Positions 36,506 to 46,868 are shown, counted from the first letter of the stretch. The stretch is 64,000 nucleotides of DNA from an uncultured Brevinematales bacterium (GCA_964392785.1 CAYMRH010000005.1:4778-68777); one strand, 5' to 3'. Program-made: numbers and translations. Notes: generated by a model from the letters alone, not told the origin.

Positions 36506-37228
36506 TCAGTGTTCGATCATCTTGTAGCCGACGCCGAACACGGTCTTGATGAACCGGGCCCTGCGGCCCACGTCCCCGATCTTTTTGCGGATGGAGACCA
36601 CGTTCGTGTCGATCACGCGCTCCGTGATATAAACGTCAGAACCCCAGATTTCCTTCATCATCATTTCCCGGGACACGACCTTGCCGCGGTTCCGGTACAG
36701 GAGCCGGATAATGCCGAGCTCCTTGGGGGTCAGCGCGTGTTCCGTCTGGGGGGTGCGGGCCACCATTTTATCCATGGAAACCAGGGCGTCGCCCACCCGG
36801 ATGGACACCGGTTCGTAACCGGGATAATGGCCGGCCGACGGGACGGTGGAGCGGATGTGGCTTTGGCGGCGGAGCTGGGAACGGATGCGGGCCACCAGGA
36901 CCATGATGGAAACGGGTTTGACCAGGTAATCGTCCGCCCCGGAATTGAGGGCGTACACAAGATCTTCTTCTTTTCCCTGCTCCGCCAGCAGAAGAATGGG
37001 AATGTCCTTGCGGACTCTGCGGATTTCCTTGAGGACGGAAAGGCGTTCACCGGCGGGGGTCCCTTTGGGTTCTTCCAGCAGGATGGCGTCGAACGTTTCG
37101 TCCAGAGCGCGCTTCTGACCCTCGGAACCGTCAACGCACAGAATGGTCTCAAAACCTTCGTAATCCAGGCCGTCTTTTATGGATTGCGCGACGGCCCGGT
37201 CGCTTTCAATGATCAGAACCCTGGTCAT
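36506..37228 (-). CDS. OmpR/PhoB-family regulator with atypical (Asp-less) receiver domain
   Basis: GADDYLVKP; winged helix LTPKE...R.GKVVSRE...IW...RVID..V..IRKKI...IKTVFGVGY; phospho-site reads ILLEE. Confidence 0.88.
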   Translation of the reverse strand: MTRVLIIESDRAVAQSIKDGLDYEGFETILCVDGSEGQKRALDETFDAILLEEPKGTPAGERLSVLKEIRRVRKDIPILLLAEQGKEEDLVYALNSGADDYLVKPVSIMVLVARIRSQLRRQSHIRSTVPSAGHYPGYEPVSIRVGDALVSMDKMVARTPQTEHALTPKELGIIRLLYRNRGKVVSREMMMKEIWGSDVYITERVIDTNVVSIRKKIGDVGRRARFIKTVFGVGYKMIEH

Positions 37229-37461
37229 GTTTACCCCCCTGATTGTTCACTCAATGGGTCTTTTTCATTTCATTTTATTGTCGCATTAACGGCTTAAATT
37301 GTCAATATATTATGGGGAATTTGCCGGATATCATATTGTCGCGGTTCCTGTCAGAATCCGTTTTTTGAGACGGCTTTCCCGACGCGGGTCGATAAAAAAT
37401 CTCCAAAAAACCCCTGAATTCCGGGTAAAAGAGTCTGTTTCGTCATGTAGCGGGCCGGGAT

Positions 37462-37490
37462 TTGCCATGAACGGGAATATCCGTTAAAAT
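37462..37490 (+). promoter_or_regulatory. Promoter of rnhC
   Basis: TTGCCA-17 nt-TAAAAT. Confidence 0.6.
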
Positions 37491-37563
37491 ATATGAGGCC
37501 GGTTCTTTATTCCGGGTCAGACCACTTCCTCAAGGCCGGCTTTTTGACTTCAAGAGGGCGCGC

Positions 37564-38403
37564 ATGAATTCAAGCAGCTTGAAAATGACTCCCGAAAAAG
37601 AAAAGTCGGTCAAAAAACTTTTGGACGCGAAGGGTTTTGAATTTTTCGGCCAGGATCACGCATTCTGGCACGCCCGTTCGGGCGGCGTTCACGTGATATT
37701 TTACCGGAGCGGTTCCGTTGTCATCCAGGGTTCCCAAGGAGAGCGGGAAATCTGGGCGGGCAGGATCTCGGGAGATGCGGCCGTCAAGGTTATGCCCGCC
37801 GCAACCGTCCTGGGCCTGGACGAATCCGGCAAAGGGGATTATTTCGGCCCCCTGGTCCTGGCCGGCGCGGTCGTGAGTCCGGAAAACGAGGAAGCGGTCC
37901 GGATGTCCGGCGTGCGCGATTCGAAAGTGCTGTCCAACGACGCCGTGACCAAGGCGTTCCTGAAAATCCAAAACGCGCTCCCCAGCGTGGCCCGGGTCAT
38001 AGAACCCGAGGAATACAACGCCCTCTATCTCAAACACGGAAACGTTACCCGTCTTCTGGTGGCGGAGTACGACGGAATTATCCGGAAGCTGAAAAAGGAA
38101 AAACCGGGCCTGGTCATCCTGGACCAGTTTCCCATGACGCACGATCAGAAGGAGAAACTGCGGCGGGACCACCCCGAAATCCGGATCGAGACCAAGGCGG
38201 AAAAATACCCGGCCGTGGCCTTGGCGTCCGTGATCGCGCGGCACCATTTTATCCACTGGCTGAATCAGGCGACCCGGACTTACGGGTTGGACCTTCCGTT
38301 CGGCTGCGGCCCCCGCGCGGCCGCCCTCTTTTCCCGGCTGAAGAAACAAAAAGCGCCCTTCTTCCATCAGGTCGCCAAAACCCATTTCCGCGAACAGGAC
38401 TGA
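37564..38403 (+). CDS. rnhC: Ribonuclease HIII
   Basis: TBP-like N-terminus (IFYRSGSVVIQG); GLDESGKGDYFGPLV, GVRDSK, DQF, KAE..YPAVALASVIAR. Confidence 0.9.
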   Translation: MNSSSLKMTPEKEKSVKKLLDAKGFEFFGQDHAFWHARSGGVHVIFYRSGSVVIQGSQGEREIWAGRISGDAAVKVMPAATVLGLDESGKGDYFGPLVLAGAVVSPENEEAVRMSGVRDSKVLSNDAVTKAFLKIQNALPSVARVIEPEEYNALYLKHGNVTRLLVAEYDGIIRKLKKEKPGLVILDQFPMTHDQKEKLRRDHPEIRIETKAEKYPAVALASVIARHHFIHWLNQATRTYGLDLPFGCGPRAAALFSRLKKQKAPFFHQVAKTHFREQD

Positions 38404-38615
38404 GAGCGTCCTGCGCTGCCAGGGATGGTAAAAGCGCAGGGCGACGAGCAGGCTCTGATCGCTTCAAGCTGCAGAGTCGCGGAGAGGATCGTCCTGATTG
38501 CCGCTGTATTTCAAACACGTCTGTCATGCCCGCGAAAGCGGTCATCTCTTAATATGGTAGAATCCCGCAGACTCCAGAATTTGCGGAAGTGACCGTGCCG
38601 GATTTGATATCCGGG
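38404..38615. repeat. Structured intergenic region with REP-like hairpins
   Basis: CCTGCGCT/AGCGCAGG stem; GTCATGCCCGCGAAAGCGGTCAT at 38523; short motifs shared with the 21.9 kb and 60.7 kb clusters. Confidence 0.5.
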
Positions 38616-38641
38616 ACAATTTCCTGTAAACTGGTGATCCC

Positions 38642-41503
38642 ATGACGGCCAGACTTTTCCTCGCTCCGTTTGCGGCGCTGATGCTTTTCCTGCCCGTTGT
38701 CATCCATCCGTTCGGGAAAAACAAGGTGGTCTATCACTCCCACGACTGGTCGGTGCTGGAGACGGCGCATTTCCGGATCTACCTGACCGCGGAGACCGCC
38801 CCGCAGTCCAACAGGATCGCGGACCTGTCGGAGAATATTTTTGACCGTTACGCGGTCCTTCTGGAATTCACGCCGCGGGACAAGATCCGCCTGATGATCT
38901 ATCCCAACCCCGTGGATTTCCAGCAGAACAACATCGTGGACTGGATCGGGCCCGGCACGGGGGGCTTTACGGAATTCGTCAAGGGTCGCGTGGTCCTGCC
39001 GTATTCCGCCCACGCCACGGATTTTGAACACGTCCTGTCCCACGAGATCCACCACGCGTTCCAGGGGCATATCTGGGGGCGCGGGGTTTTCTCGGTGTAC
39101 ACGGTGCGGGACATTGCCATCCCGCTCTGGATGATCGAGGGCATGACGGAATACAATTCCATTGGCGTGGACCCGGAAGCGGAAATGGTGGTGGCCGACG
39201 GCGTTCTGAACGGCGTCCTGCCCTCGCTCATGAAACTGTCCTACCTGGGGCTCCTGGCGCGCGAGGATTATTTTTACGTCTATAAACAGGGTCAGCTGTT
39301 CTACGACTGGATCACGCGCGAATACGGCCAGGACGTCATGGCCCGGCTGAACCGGTCCATAGCGGAACTGCGTGAAATGGACGCCGTGCTCACGAACGTG
39401 TTCGGGAAAACGCTCCCGGAATTGAACGCCGGCTTTTTTGACCACCTGCGCAAGCGCTATATGCCCGGCATTTCCAACCTGGTGTCCGTGGAACTGGCGG
39501 CGGAAAAAATCCTGAAAGAAGACAGCGCTTTCAACATGAATCCCGTGAGCCTGGGGTCCAACCGGGTGGCGTTCGTGAGCGACCGCCGGATTTACCCGTC
39601 CGTGCTGATATACGACCGGGACCGGGATTCCCTGGACACGGCCGTGAAAGGCGGTTTTGACGAGGAATTTCTCGAGTTCCAGTACGGGCGCAGAAACCAT
39701 CTGTCCGTGAGCACGAACGGACTTCTCTGTTTCGTGAGCCGCAGCGGGGACCGGGACGCGATCCACCTATACGACCTGAAGAAACGGAGGGCGCGCCGCG
39801 TGGACCTGCCGTTCCGCGTGATCCATTCCCCGGATATTTCCCCGGACGGCCGCCGGATCGTGTTTGCCGCCACCGAAAACGGACGGATGGACATTTTCCT
39901 GCATGACCGCGAAAACGGGAAAACCCTGAAAATTACGGACGACGAATTTTACAACACGCAGCCCCGGTTTTTCGGCTCCAACCGGATTGTCCTGGCTTCC
40001 AACCGGCGGACGGGTTCCGGCAGCGCGGAAATGGACCTGCTGGTTTACGACCTGGAGCGCGGCGAGTTCACGCTCCTTCTGGACACGGGGGCTTCGGAAG
40101 AATATCCGGCCGTGTCGCCGGACGGTAAACTGCTCGCGTTCATCCGGCAGGACGTGCATCCGTCCCTCATGATCTACGATCCGGCGCGGAATATTCTTTA
40201 CCGCGAACTGGTGCCCACGGGCGGAGTGTTCGCGCCCAACTTTACGGAAAAGGGCACGGTCCTTCTGTCCGCCTATCACCGCAGGACCTACAACATTTAC
40301 GAATACAAACCGGAGTACCGCGACCGGTGGACGAATTTTACCGTAACCGCGCGCTTTTCAGCCGCCGCGCCCGCAGCGGCGGCGGTCCCCGCCCCCGCCC
40401 GGACGAACACCGTGACACCCTATTTCCCGGAATTTTCGCTGGACAGTTTTTTCGGCGGTTTCATGCTCAACACGTCCCTGGGCATGGCGGCGCTGGGCAT
40501 GCTCCGGTTTTCGGACATGATGGGGGACCACCGCTTCCAGCTCCTGATGGACACCGCCATCCTTCTCACGGGAAACTTCCTGGAATACCTGAACGCCGAT
40601 CTTTCCTACTTCAACTTCCGTTACCGCCACAATTTCGGTTTCCGCGTTTTCCATTACAGCAATTATTTTTACGAATTTTCCACCTTCCAGGAATTTTATT
40701 CCATGGAACGGGCCTACCATACCACCTACGGGGGCTTCGCGCTGTACGCTTTTCCGTTCACCACGTTTGACAGGATCCAGGCCGAAGTGGGCTACCGCGG
40801 CTTTTCCTACGCGTCCAACGTGGTCTGGACGGGCTCCAACTACACCTACGACCTTTCCTACAGGAGCCGCAGCGTCGTTTCCGCCGCCTACGTTCACGAC
40901 TCCACGCTGAATGACGTGACCGGCCCCGTGGACGGCATCCGCTACGAATTTCTGGCGGTCAAGTCCTTTCCGCTGCTGTCCGATTCCCTGGATTACCAGA
41001 AGTTCGTGATGGATTTCAGGAGTTATTTCCTGATCACGCCCGGGTATTCCGTGGCCCTGCGCGGTGTGGCCGGTTACCAGTTCGGGCCGGACCAGGCGGA
41101 AACGCCTTTCTACGTGGGCGGCTTCAACTCCGTGCGCGGTCACGATCTGTGGGGCAGCCGCGGGGACGCCATGTTTCTCTTCAACTTCGAACTGCGCGTG
41201 CCGTTCATCCGGGACTGGACGCTCGGGTTCCCTTTCCCGATCCGTCTGCCCACGGTGTGGGGAGCGCTGTTCTGGGATTTTGGAAGCGCGTGGCAAACGG
41301 ACCGGCCGTACGTGTTCGGGGAACCGGGTCCCGACGAAATCTGGCGGTTCCGGGATTTCAAGAGCGGTTTCGGATTCGGGTTCCGGCTGGTGCTTTTGCC
41401 CGGCATCAAGTTCATGGTGGACCTGGCCGCGCCGTTTGACGGCGCCGTGTTTCCCGACACCTCAAGATGGAAGAGCTTCTGGTTTATCGGGATTGATTTT
41501 TAA
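38642..41503 (+). CDS. Omp85-superfamily protein with N-terminal zinc peptidase (MA-like) and TolB/PD40 propeller domains
   Basis: HEIHH and P.WMIEG.TEY; SPDGRRIVF/SPDGK repeats; C-terminal barrel with FYVGG..SVRG and G.GFR, ending in Phe. Confidence 0.82.
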   Translation: MTARLFLAPFAALMLFLPVVIHPFGKNKVVYHSHDWSVLETAHFRIYLTAETAPQSNRIADLSENIFDRYAVLLEFTPRDKIRLMIYPNPVDFQQNNIVDWIGPGTGGFTEFVKGRVVLPYSAHATDFEHVLSHEIHHAFQGHIWGRGVFSVYTVRDIAIPLWMIEGMTEYNSIGVDPEAEMVVADGVLNGVLPSLMKLSYLGLLAREDYFYVYKQGQLFYDWITREYGQDVMARLNRSIAELREMDAVLTNVFGKTLPELNAGFFDHLRKRYMPGISNLVSVELAAEKILKEDSAFNMNPVSLGSNRVAFVSDRRIYPSVLIYDRDRDSLDTAVKGGFDEEFLEFQYGRRNHLSVSTNGLLCFVSRSGDRDAIHLYDLKKRRARRVDLPFRVIHSPDISPDGRRIVFAATENGRMDIFLHDRENGKTLKITDDEFYNTQPRFFGSNRIVLASNRRTGSGSAEMDLLVYDLERGEFTLLLDTGASEEYPAVSPDGKLLAFIRQDVHPSLMIYDPARNILYRELVPTGGVFAPNFTEKGTVLLSAYHRRTYNIYEYKPEYRDRWTNFTVTARFSAAAPAAAAVPAPARTNTVTPYFPEFSLDSFFGGFMLNTSLGMAALGMLRFSDMMGDHRFQLLMDTAILLTGNFLEYLNADLSYFNFRYRHNFGFRVFHYSNYFYEFSTFQEFYSMERAYHTTYGGFALYAFPFTTFDRIQAEVGYRGFSYASNVVWTGSNYTYDLSYRSRSVVSAAYVHDSTLNDVTGPVDGIRYEFLAVKSFPLLSDSLDYQKFVMDFRSYFLITPGYSVALRGVAGYQFGPDQAETPFYVGGFNSVRGHDLWGSRGDAMFLFNFELRVPFIRDWTLGFPFPIRLPTVWGALFWDFGSAWQTDRPYVFGEPGPDEIWRFRDFKSGFGFGFRLVLLPGIKFMVDLAAPFDGAVFPDTSRWKSFWFIGIDF

Positions 41504-41583
41504 GGGCGCGGCGCGGCGGAATCTGATCAATTGGAAAAGCGAAATCATGAAACGGGCCGCGTTGTTAAGGAAATGAGGTGAAT

Positions 41584-42651
41584 ATGAGAAGAGTGTTTCT
41601 TTCCAGTCTGGCCGCGATGATTTCGATTACATCCTGTATTCACGCGGAAGAACAGGCCAAGGAAAAGTTTGACAAGGAATTGACCCAGTTGTTTGAAAAA
41701 GAAGCGCAAAAAAGGAAAGGCATGGTCTATTTTGGCAAACACGCCAGGTATTCTGAAGACGGCAGATATATCGTATTTCAGGTTGTCAGGAATAATAAGG
41801 AAATATTGTGTCTCTTTGATTATAAGGCAAATCGATTGATTCGATATTTTTCTGGCACATATGATAGGTTAAGGTACCCAATATTTAGCAGGTCTGGAGA
41901 AATATTGTTTAATGCAAGTTATTTAATTGAGCAGGGGCGGCCCGGAAAGGGTATAACGTTTATTAGAACAATTGATATGCAGGCAAGTAATATAAGGACG
42001 ATTATGAAAAAGACAAATACGGCGATTATATCACCAACAATTTATGCAGATGGTAAAAGTGTTATTTCTATTCAGTACAATAACGAGAACCCTGAACGGA
42101 TATTTGAATACGATCTTGTTAATGGTCGTGAAAGAATGGTGTTAGACAAGGAGTTAGGCGAAATCTCGGAACTTGTTGCGTTGAATGACAATAGAACCAT
42201 CCTGTTTACAGCCGGCGGGAGCCGGGCGTTTGGGGGAGGGGAGTTGTACTCTTATAGCCTGAATACTGGCCAATTGAAAAAAATCCGAGAATTTGCCAAG
42301 TTGGTATATTCGAATAAATATTCAAACGAAATACTGATATACGATTATGATCAGGAATCAAACGCGGGATTATATCGGTTAAATATTCAAAATGGGCGCA
42401 GCAAGAAGGTGTGTAATATTACAAATCGCGGCAATTGGTTTTATGATTTCAGTCTTTCCCCGGACGGGAAAAAGGTGATGTATATCAGCGCCATCAGCAT
42501 CAGCATGGCCAGCAAGACAAATCTGATCATGGAAATGAATCTGGACGGCAGCGGTCTCCGCTCGCTGCCCGTCGATCTGGGAAAACTGGATCAAGTCCCG
42601 GTCGTCAATATCGATCAGGGCCTGGATATCGACAAGTATATCAAGCAGTAA
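41584..42651 (+). CDS. Exported TolB-like beta-propeller protein, AT-rich core
   Basis: Signal peptide; YSEDGRYIVF, P.FSRSG, LSPDGKKVMY repeats. Confidence 0.72.
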   Translation: MRRVFLSSLAAMISITSCIHAEEQAKEKFDKELTQLFEKEAQKRKGMVYFGKHARYSEDGRYIVFQVVRNNKEILCLFDYKANRLIRYFSGTYDRLRYPIFSRSGEILFNASYLIEQGRPGKGITFIRTIDMQASNIRTIMKKTNTAIISPTIYADGKSVISIQYNNENPERIFEYDLVNGRERMVLDKELGEISELVALNDNRTILFTAGGSRAFGGGELYSYSLNTGQLKKIREFAKLVYSNKYSNEILIYDYDQESNAGLYRLNIQNGRSKKVCNITNRGNWFYDFSLSPDGKKVMYISAISISMASKTNLIMEMNLDGSGLRSLPVDLGKLDQVPVVNIDQGLDIDKYIKQ

Positions 42652-42743
42652 TGGGTTTTATTCATCCGTTTTGCCATACAGTGATGGCAATACACTGACA
42701 CCCCTCGTGGCTCGGGTCGGGCCCCGGTTCCCCTCGGAATCTG

Positions 42744-42772
42744 TTGACTTTTTCCCCCCTCAAAAATAGAAT
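42744..42772 (+). promoter_or_regulatory. Promoter of the CvpA-like gene
   Basis: TTGACT-17 nt-TAGAAT. Confidence 0.65.
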
Positions 42773-42805
42773 AAAGCAGTCAGGATTACTTGCCCGGAGG
42801 TTGGT

Positions 42806-43261
42806 ATGTCATCGTCCCAGGTCATTTTCCTGCTGGTGTTTATCGTCGTTTTGTCTGTTTTCGCCTATATCAATACGCGGGAAGGGTTTCTCCGTTCGCT
42901 CAGTTCGCTTTTGCGGCTGGTGATCCCGATGCTTTTGTCCGGCATCATCGTGAAGATTTCCCAGCTGATCTCCCGGGTGGAACTGGTGTCCTACATCATC
43001 GGCGGCATCGGGACCGTGATCTTTTTCCTGGTGCTGAAAAACGCGATCAAAAATCCCGAGAAAAAGAAGGTCAACATCGTGGGCCACTTCCTGGGTTTTC
43101 TGGTGGGCATTGTGGAAGGCTGGCTGGTGAGCGGCGTGATCGTGCTTTACCTGGACTTTTTCAAGGTGCCGGAACTGAGCAAAATTCTGGCGCCGGCGTT
43201 CTACCAGTCCATTGTCCTGCCCGTGAAGTGGATCCTGTTCCTGGATTTTATCAGGTTCTGA
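42806..43261 (+). CDS. CvpA (colicin V production) family membrane protein
   Basis: GFLRSL.SL; 4 TM helices; LGF.VG..EG. Confidence 0.65.
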   Translation: MSSSQVIFLLVFIVVLSVFAYINTREGFLRSLSSLLRLVIPMLLSGIIVKISQLISRVELVSYIIGGIGTVIFFLVLKNAIKNPEKKKVNIVGHFLGFLVGIVEGWLVSGVIVLYLDFFKVPELSKILAPAFYQSIVLPVKWILFLDFIRF

Positions 43262-43513
43262 TAGCGGTTATTGGCCTGGGGTATTCGTTTAGACTGGATA
43301 ATTTTCGGGTTCGATATCCAGACCTTTGGGATTCCGATCTCTGTATGGAATTGCTTTTTTGGTCCTCCGGCCGCTTGCGGCCGGGCCGGACGCAGGAGAA
43401 CAGGAAGTACGGGTACGAATCCCGCCTTGTCATTTGGGACCGGAAAAACGGTTCTGACGGTACCCCGGGTTTGTTTTTATCCGGTTGTCTGGCGATTGTC
43501 CCCGGAGGAATGA

Positions 43514-43807
43514 ATGCCCATTGACCACGCCGCGGTTGCGAAAATGTATATCGATGCGGTCAAAGGGAACGCCATAGAAGCGTCGGTCCTGACCAAACTC
43601 CCGGAACTGGTGACCTGCAACGACTGGACGCGGGTGGAAGTGATCGGTTCCGTGGATTACCTGTCAGAACGGACCAAGATCGTCTACAACGGCATGATCG
43701 TCAAGTATTCCGGCGGCCTCTATTATATCCGCAAAAAACTGGCCGACGCTCTCGGGGAATTCGACCGCCGGTTCAAGAACGTCCGCAATTCCGTGCGCGT
43801 GAGCTGA
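43514..43807 (+). CDS. Conserved hypothetical protein
   Basis: GGAGG RBS, host-like codon usage. Confidence 0.7.
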   Translation: MPIDHAAVAKMYIDAVKGNAIEASVLTKLPELVTCNDWTRVEVIGSVDYLSERTKIVYNGMIVKYSGGLYYIRKKLADALGEFDRRFKNVRNSVRVS

Positions 43808-43827
43808 CCCCGCCCGGCGGGCTCCGG

Positions 43828-45174
43828 TCAGAGACCGTTCACCGCTTCCTTGAAAACCCTTCCGCGTTCCTCGTAGTTTTTGAACATGTCGAAACTGGCG
43901 CAGCCCGGGGACAACAGAACCACGTCTCCCGATGCCGCCTTCTGCCGCGCGGTCGCGACGGCGTCCGCCATGTCCGCGGCCCGGACGGCCGGCTGGAACC
44001 CCGTTTCGCGGCCTATTTTTTCCGCGGCTTCGCCGATCAGGACGAGCGTTTTCAGTTTCTTTTTTGCCAGAGACCGGATGGCCCGGAAATCCAGGCCTTT
44101 GTAGCGGCCTCCGGCGATCAGGTGGACGGGCCGGTCAAAACTTTCCAGCGCTTTTTCCAGGGCGTTGACCGTGGTGGATTTGGAGTCGTTGTAATAATCC
44201 ACGCCGTCCAGCGTCCGGACAAATTCCAGGCGGTGTTCCAGCCCGGCGAATTCGGACAGCACTTTTTTGATGGACGCGTCCGTGATGCCGCCGGACTTGG
44301 CCATGAGAATGGCCGCCATGGCGTTTTCCGCGTTGTGGACCCCTTTGAGGAGGATCTCGTCCCGGTTCAGGTACGGTTCCCCGAACAGGGTGACGGTCCC
44401 TTTGTCCAGATAACAGTCGGCGCGCGGGGATTTCCGGCTGAACGTGAGCGCTCGGGACCGCAAGCCCTTTTTCAGTTCGTTATAATGCGGGTCGTCCAGG
44501 TTCAGGACGGCAAAATCGTCCTCCGTCTGGTTGAGAAAGATGCGCTTCTTGGCGGCCAGGTAGCTTTTGACCGAATCGTAGCGGTCCAGGTGGTCCTGGG
44601 CCACGTTCAGAACGGCCGCGATCTGCGCGCGGAAGCGCTCAATGGACTCGAGCTGGAAGCTGGACAGCTCCAGGACCATGACGCTCTCGGGGCGGATTTC
44701 GGAGTAATAGTCGAACACCGGGATTCCCACGTTCCCGCCCAGCTGCGCGTAACGCTCCGTCTTGAACATTTCATGAACGAGCGTGGCGGTGGTGGTTTTC
44801 CCGTCCGTTCCCGTGACGCCCACATACTGGATTTTGGGAAAATTCCTGTAGAAAAGCTCGATATCCCCCACCACGGGGATTTTCCGCTTCCGCGCTTCCG
44901 CGACGATCGGGACGGAGAGGGGCACGCCCGGACTCGGGACCACCATGTCGGGCTGGATCTCGTCCAGAATGCCGGGATCCTGGCGGCCCAGGAAATTCAG
45001 CACGGCCGCGTCGCCGCCGGAAGGAATCGTTTTTTCCAGCTGGAGGACCAAACCGGTTTTTTCCCCGTCAGTCACGGTGTCGGAAACCGCCACGCGGTTG
45101 CCCTGGGCGAGAAGAGTTCTGGCGGCGGAAAACGAGGTCCTGTGGGTGAGTCCGAGCAGCAGAATGGTGTTCAT
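43828..45174 (-). CDS. murD: UDP-N-acetylmuramoyl-L-alanine--D-glutamate ligase
   Basis: SPGVP, GVTGTDGKTT, GGNVG, LELSSFQL, DHLDRY, EHRLE, NDSKST, LLSPGCASFD.F.NYEERG. Confidence 0.97.
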   Translation of the reverse strand: MNTILLLGLTHRTSFSAARTLLAQGNRVAVSDTVTDGEKTGLVLQLEKTIPSGGDAAVLNFLGRQDPGILDEIQPDMVVPSPGVPLSVPIVAEARKRKIPVVGDIELFYRNFPKIQYVGVTGTDGKTTTATLVHEMFKTERYAQLGGNVGIPVFDYYSEIRPESVMVLELSSFQLESIERFRAQIAAVLNVAQDHLDRYDSVKSYLAAKKRIFLNQTEDDFAVLNLDDPHYNELKKGLRSRALTFSRKSPRADCYLDKGTVTLFGEPYLNRDEILLKGVHNAENAMAAILMAKSGGITDASIKKVLSEFAGLEHRLEFVRTLDGVDYYNDSKSTTVNALEKALESFDRPVHLIAGGRYKGLDFRAIRSLAKKKLKTLVLIGEAAEKIGRETGFQPAVRAADMADAVATARQKAASGDVVLLSPGCASFDMFKNYEERGRVFKEAVNGL

Positions 45175-45304
45175 GGATTCCTTCCTGATTCGCTTTTTTC
45201 GTGACGGGAATCAGTATAAGGGCGGAAAACGCAATAATCAAACGCGTTGACACACCGCGCTGCCGCGTGTAACATGATCCCCGGACAAAGCGCGGAGACC
45301 GTTC

Positions 45305-46264
45305 ATGATCCTGGCCGTCACACCCAATCCCTCCCTGGATAAAAGCGGGGAAGTTTCCGAATTCCGTTCTGACGACGTGAACCGCCTTCGCCGCGTGGCC
45401 GTGCGCGCCGGCGGCAAAGGCGTGAACCTGGCCCGCGTCCTGCGTTCGTTCGGGCGGCCGTGCGTTTGCCTGGGATTTTCAGGAGGGCTGGCAGGCGGGG
45501 AAATGGAATCCCTTCTGGCCAAAGAGGGCATCCGGAACGCGTTCACGCGCGTTGGCGGAAACACCAGGACCAACTGGTCCATTATCGAAAAGAAAAGCGG
45601 TCTCCTTTTCAAGATCAACGAACCCGGCCCGTCCGTTACGGCCGCGGAAAGCGGGAAGTTTCTCCGGGACCTGGGCCGCCGTTCGCGGGCCGGCCGCGTC
45701 CGTTCCGCCGTGGTGATCTGCGGCAGCCTGCCTGAAAACCTGGCGGGCGAATTTATCCGGAAGGCCGTTGCGGCCGCGCGTAAGGGCCGGCGCGCCGTTG
45801 TGCTGGATGCGGACGGCGATACCCTCCGCGCCGTGCGGAGTTTTCCCGCCTCCGGCCGGCCGGACGTGATCAAACCCAACCTGTTCGAAGCGGAGAGGTT
45901 TTTGGGCCGTTCCGTCAGGACGGATCAGGACATTGTCCGCGCGTTATCCGACATGAAAAGCGCGGCCGGATCGGCCATCCTGACGGCGGGGCGGAACGGC
46001 GCGTATTTTGAGGATGCGGGAACTGTTTACGGAATGCATTCCGCGAAACGGTCCCGCGTCACGATTCCCGGGGCGGGGGATATTTTCCTGGCGGGTTTCT
46101 GCATGGGGCGGGAAGACGGCCTGTCCGTGCCGGAAAGCGTCAGGCAGGGCGTGGCGATCGCTTCGGCGTCGTGCTGGAAGGGCGACGTTTGCTCGCCAGA
46201 GGAAGCGAAGGCCTTTCGGGATACGGTGGTGGTCAGGACAATCAGGCCGGGAAAATCCGGCTAA
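45305..46264 (+). CDS. 1-phosphofructokinase-family (PfkB) hexose kinase
   Basis: TPNPSLD, AGGKGVN.AR, ICGSLP, VVLDAD, IKPN..E, GAGD. Confidence 0.85.
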   Translation: MILAVTPNPSLDKSGEVSEFRSDDVNRLRRVAVRAGGKGVNLARVLRSFGRPCVCLGFSGGLAGGEMESLLAKEGIRNAFTRVGGNTRTNWSIIEKKSGLLFKINEPGPSVTAAESGKFLRDLGRRSRAGRVRSAVVICGSLPENLAGEFIRKAVAAARKGRRAVVLDADGDTLRAVRSFPASGRPDVIKPNLFEAERFLGRSVRTDQDIVRALSDMKSAAGSAILTAGRNGAYFEDAGTVYGMHSAKRSRVTIPGAGDIFLAGFCMGREDGLSVPESVRQGVAIASASCWKGDVCSPEEAKAFRDTVVVRTIRPGKSG

Positions 46265-46689
46265 CCGCCGGTCCTGACGAACTCTTCAATTTTATTCCGG
46301 ATCTCGTCGCGTACGGCCGCCGTTTTGGCCAGTTTTTCCTCTTCGCTGCCGGTGAAGGAAGACGGATCGGTAAAACCCCAGTGAAGACGGGTCACTTTGC
46401 CCGGAAACAGGGGGCAGCGTTCGCCCGCCTCGGGATCGCAGACGGTGATCACGTAATCGAACACGCGGCCCTGCTTGTACATTTCAAAAACGCTCTTGGT
46501 TTTATTGCCGGAAATATCGATCCCGGCCTGCCGCATGGCTCCCACCACAACGGGATTGAGTTTTCCGGGCTCCAAACCCGCGCTTTCCGCGGCGTAGCGG
46601 CCCTCTCCCAGAAGATTCAGAAACGCCTCGGCCATCTGGCTGCGGGCGGAATTGTGGATGCAGACAAACAGGACTTTTTTCGGTTCCAT
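46261..46689 (-). CDS. arsC: Thioredoxin-coupled arsenate reductase (LMW-PTP fold)
   Basis: [15 protein letters not shown]-loop; VITVCD....RCP.FPG; HW.F.DP. Confidence 0.9.
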   Translation of the reverse strand: MEPKKVLFVCIHNSARSQMAEAFLNLLGEGRYAAESAGLEPGKLNPVVVGAMRQAGIDISGNKTKSVFEMYKQGRVFDYVITVCDPEAGERCPLFPGKVTRLHWGFTDPSSFTGSEEEKLAKTAAVRDEIRNKIEEFVRTGG

Positions 46690-46800
46690 ATTTTCCTCTC
46701 GCAATTCATGATAGAGGATCCAGTTTAAGAGAAAGTGAAAGGCGTGTAAAGATTGTGTCAAGGGACGCGATCGCGTCTTGTCCGGACCATGGCCTGATAT

Positions 46801-46851
46801 TTGACGCCGCAGGGGGTTTCGGTTTATCATATGTGAATGATTGTTCACATA
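46801..46851 (+). promoter_or_regulatory. arsR-1 promoter with 8-6-8 inverted-repeat operator
   Basis: TTGACG-18 nt-TATCAT, followed by TATGTGAA-tgattg-TTCACATA (46830-46851). Confidence 0.8.
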
Positions 46852-46868
46852 ATAAGCCGGAGGGCGCG

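Noticed and set aside
43262-43513. 250 nt intergenic region as a possible ncRNA
   Set aside because: Only short hairpins; no recognisable tRNA, 6S, SRP, tmRNA or riboswitch signature. An Rfam scan would settle it.
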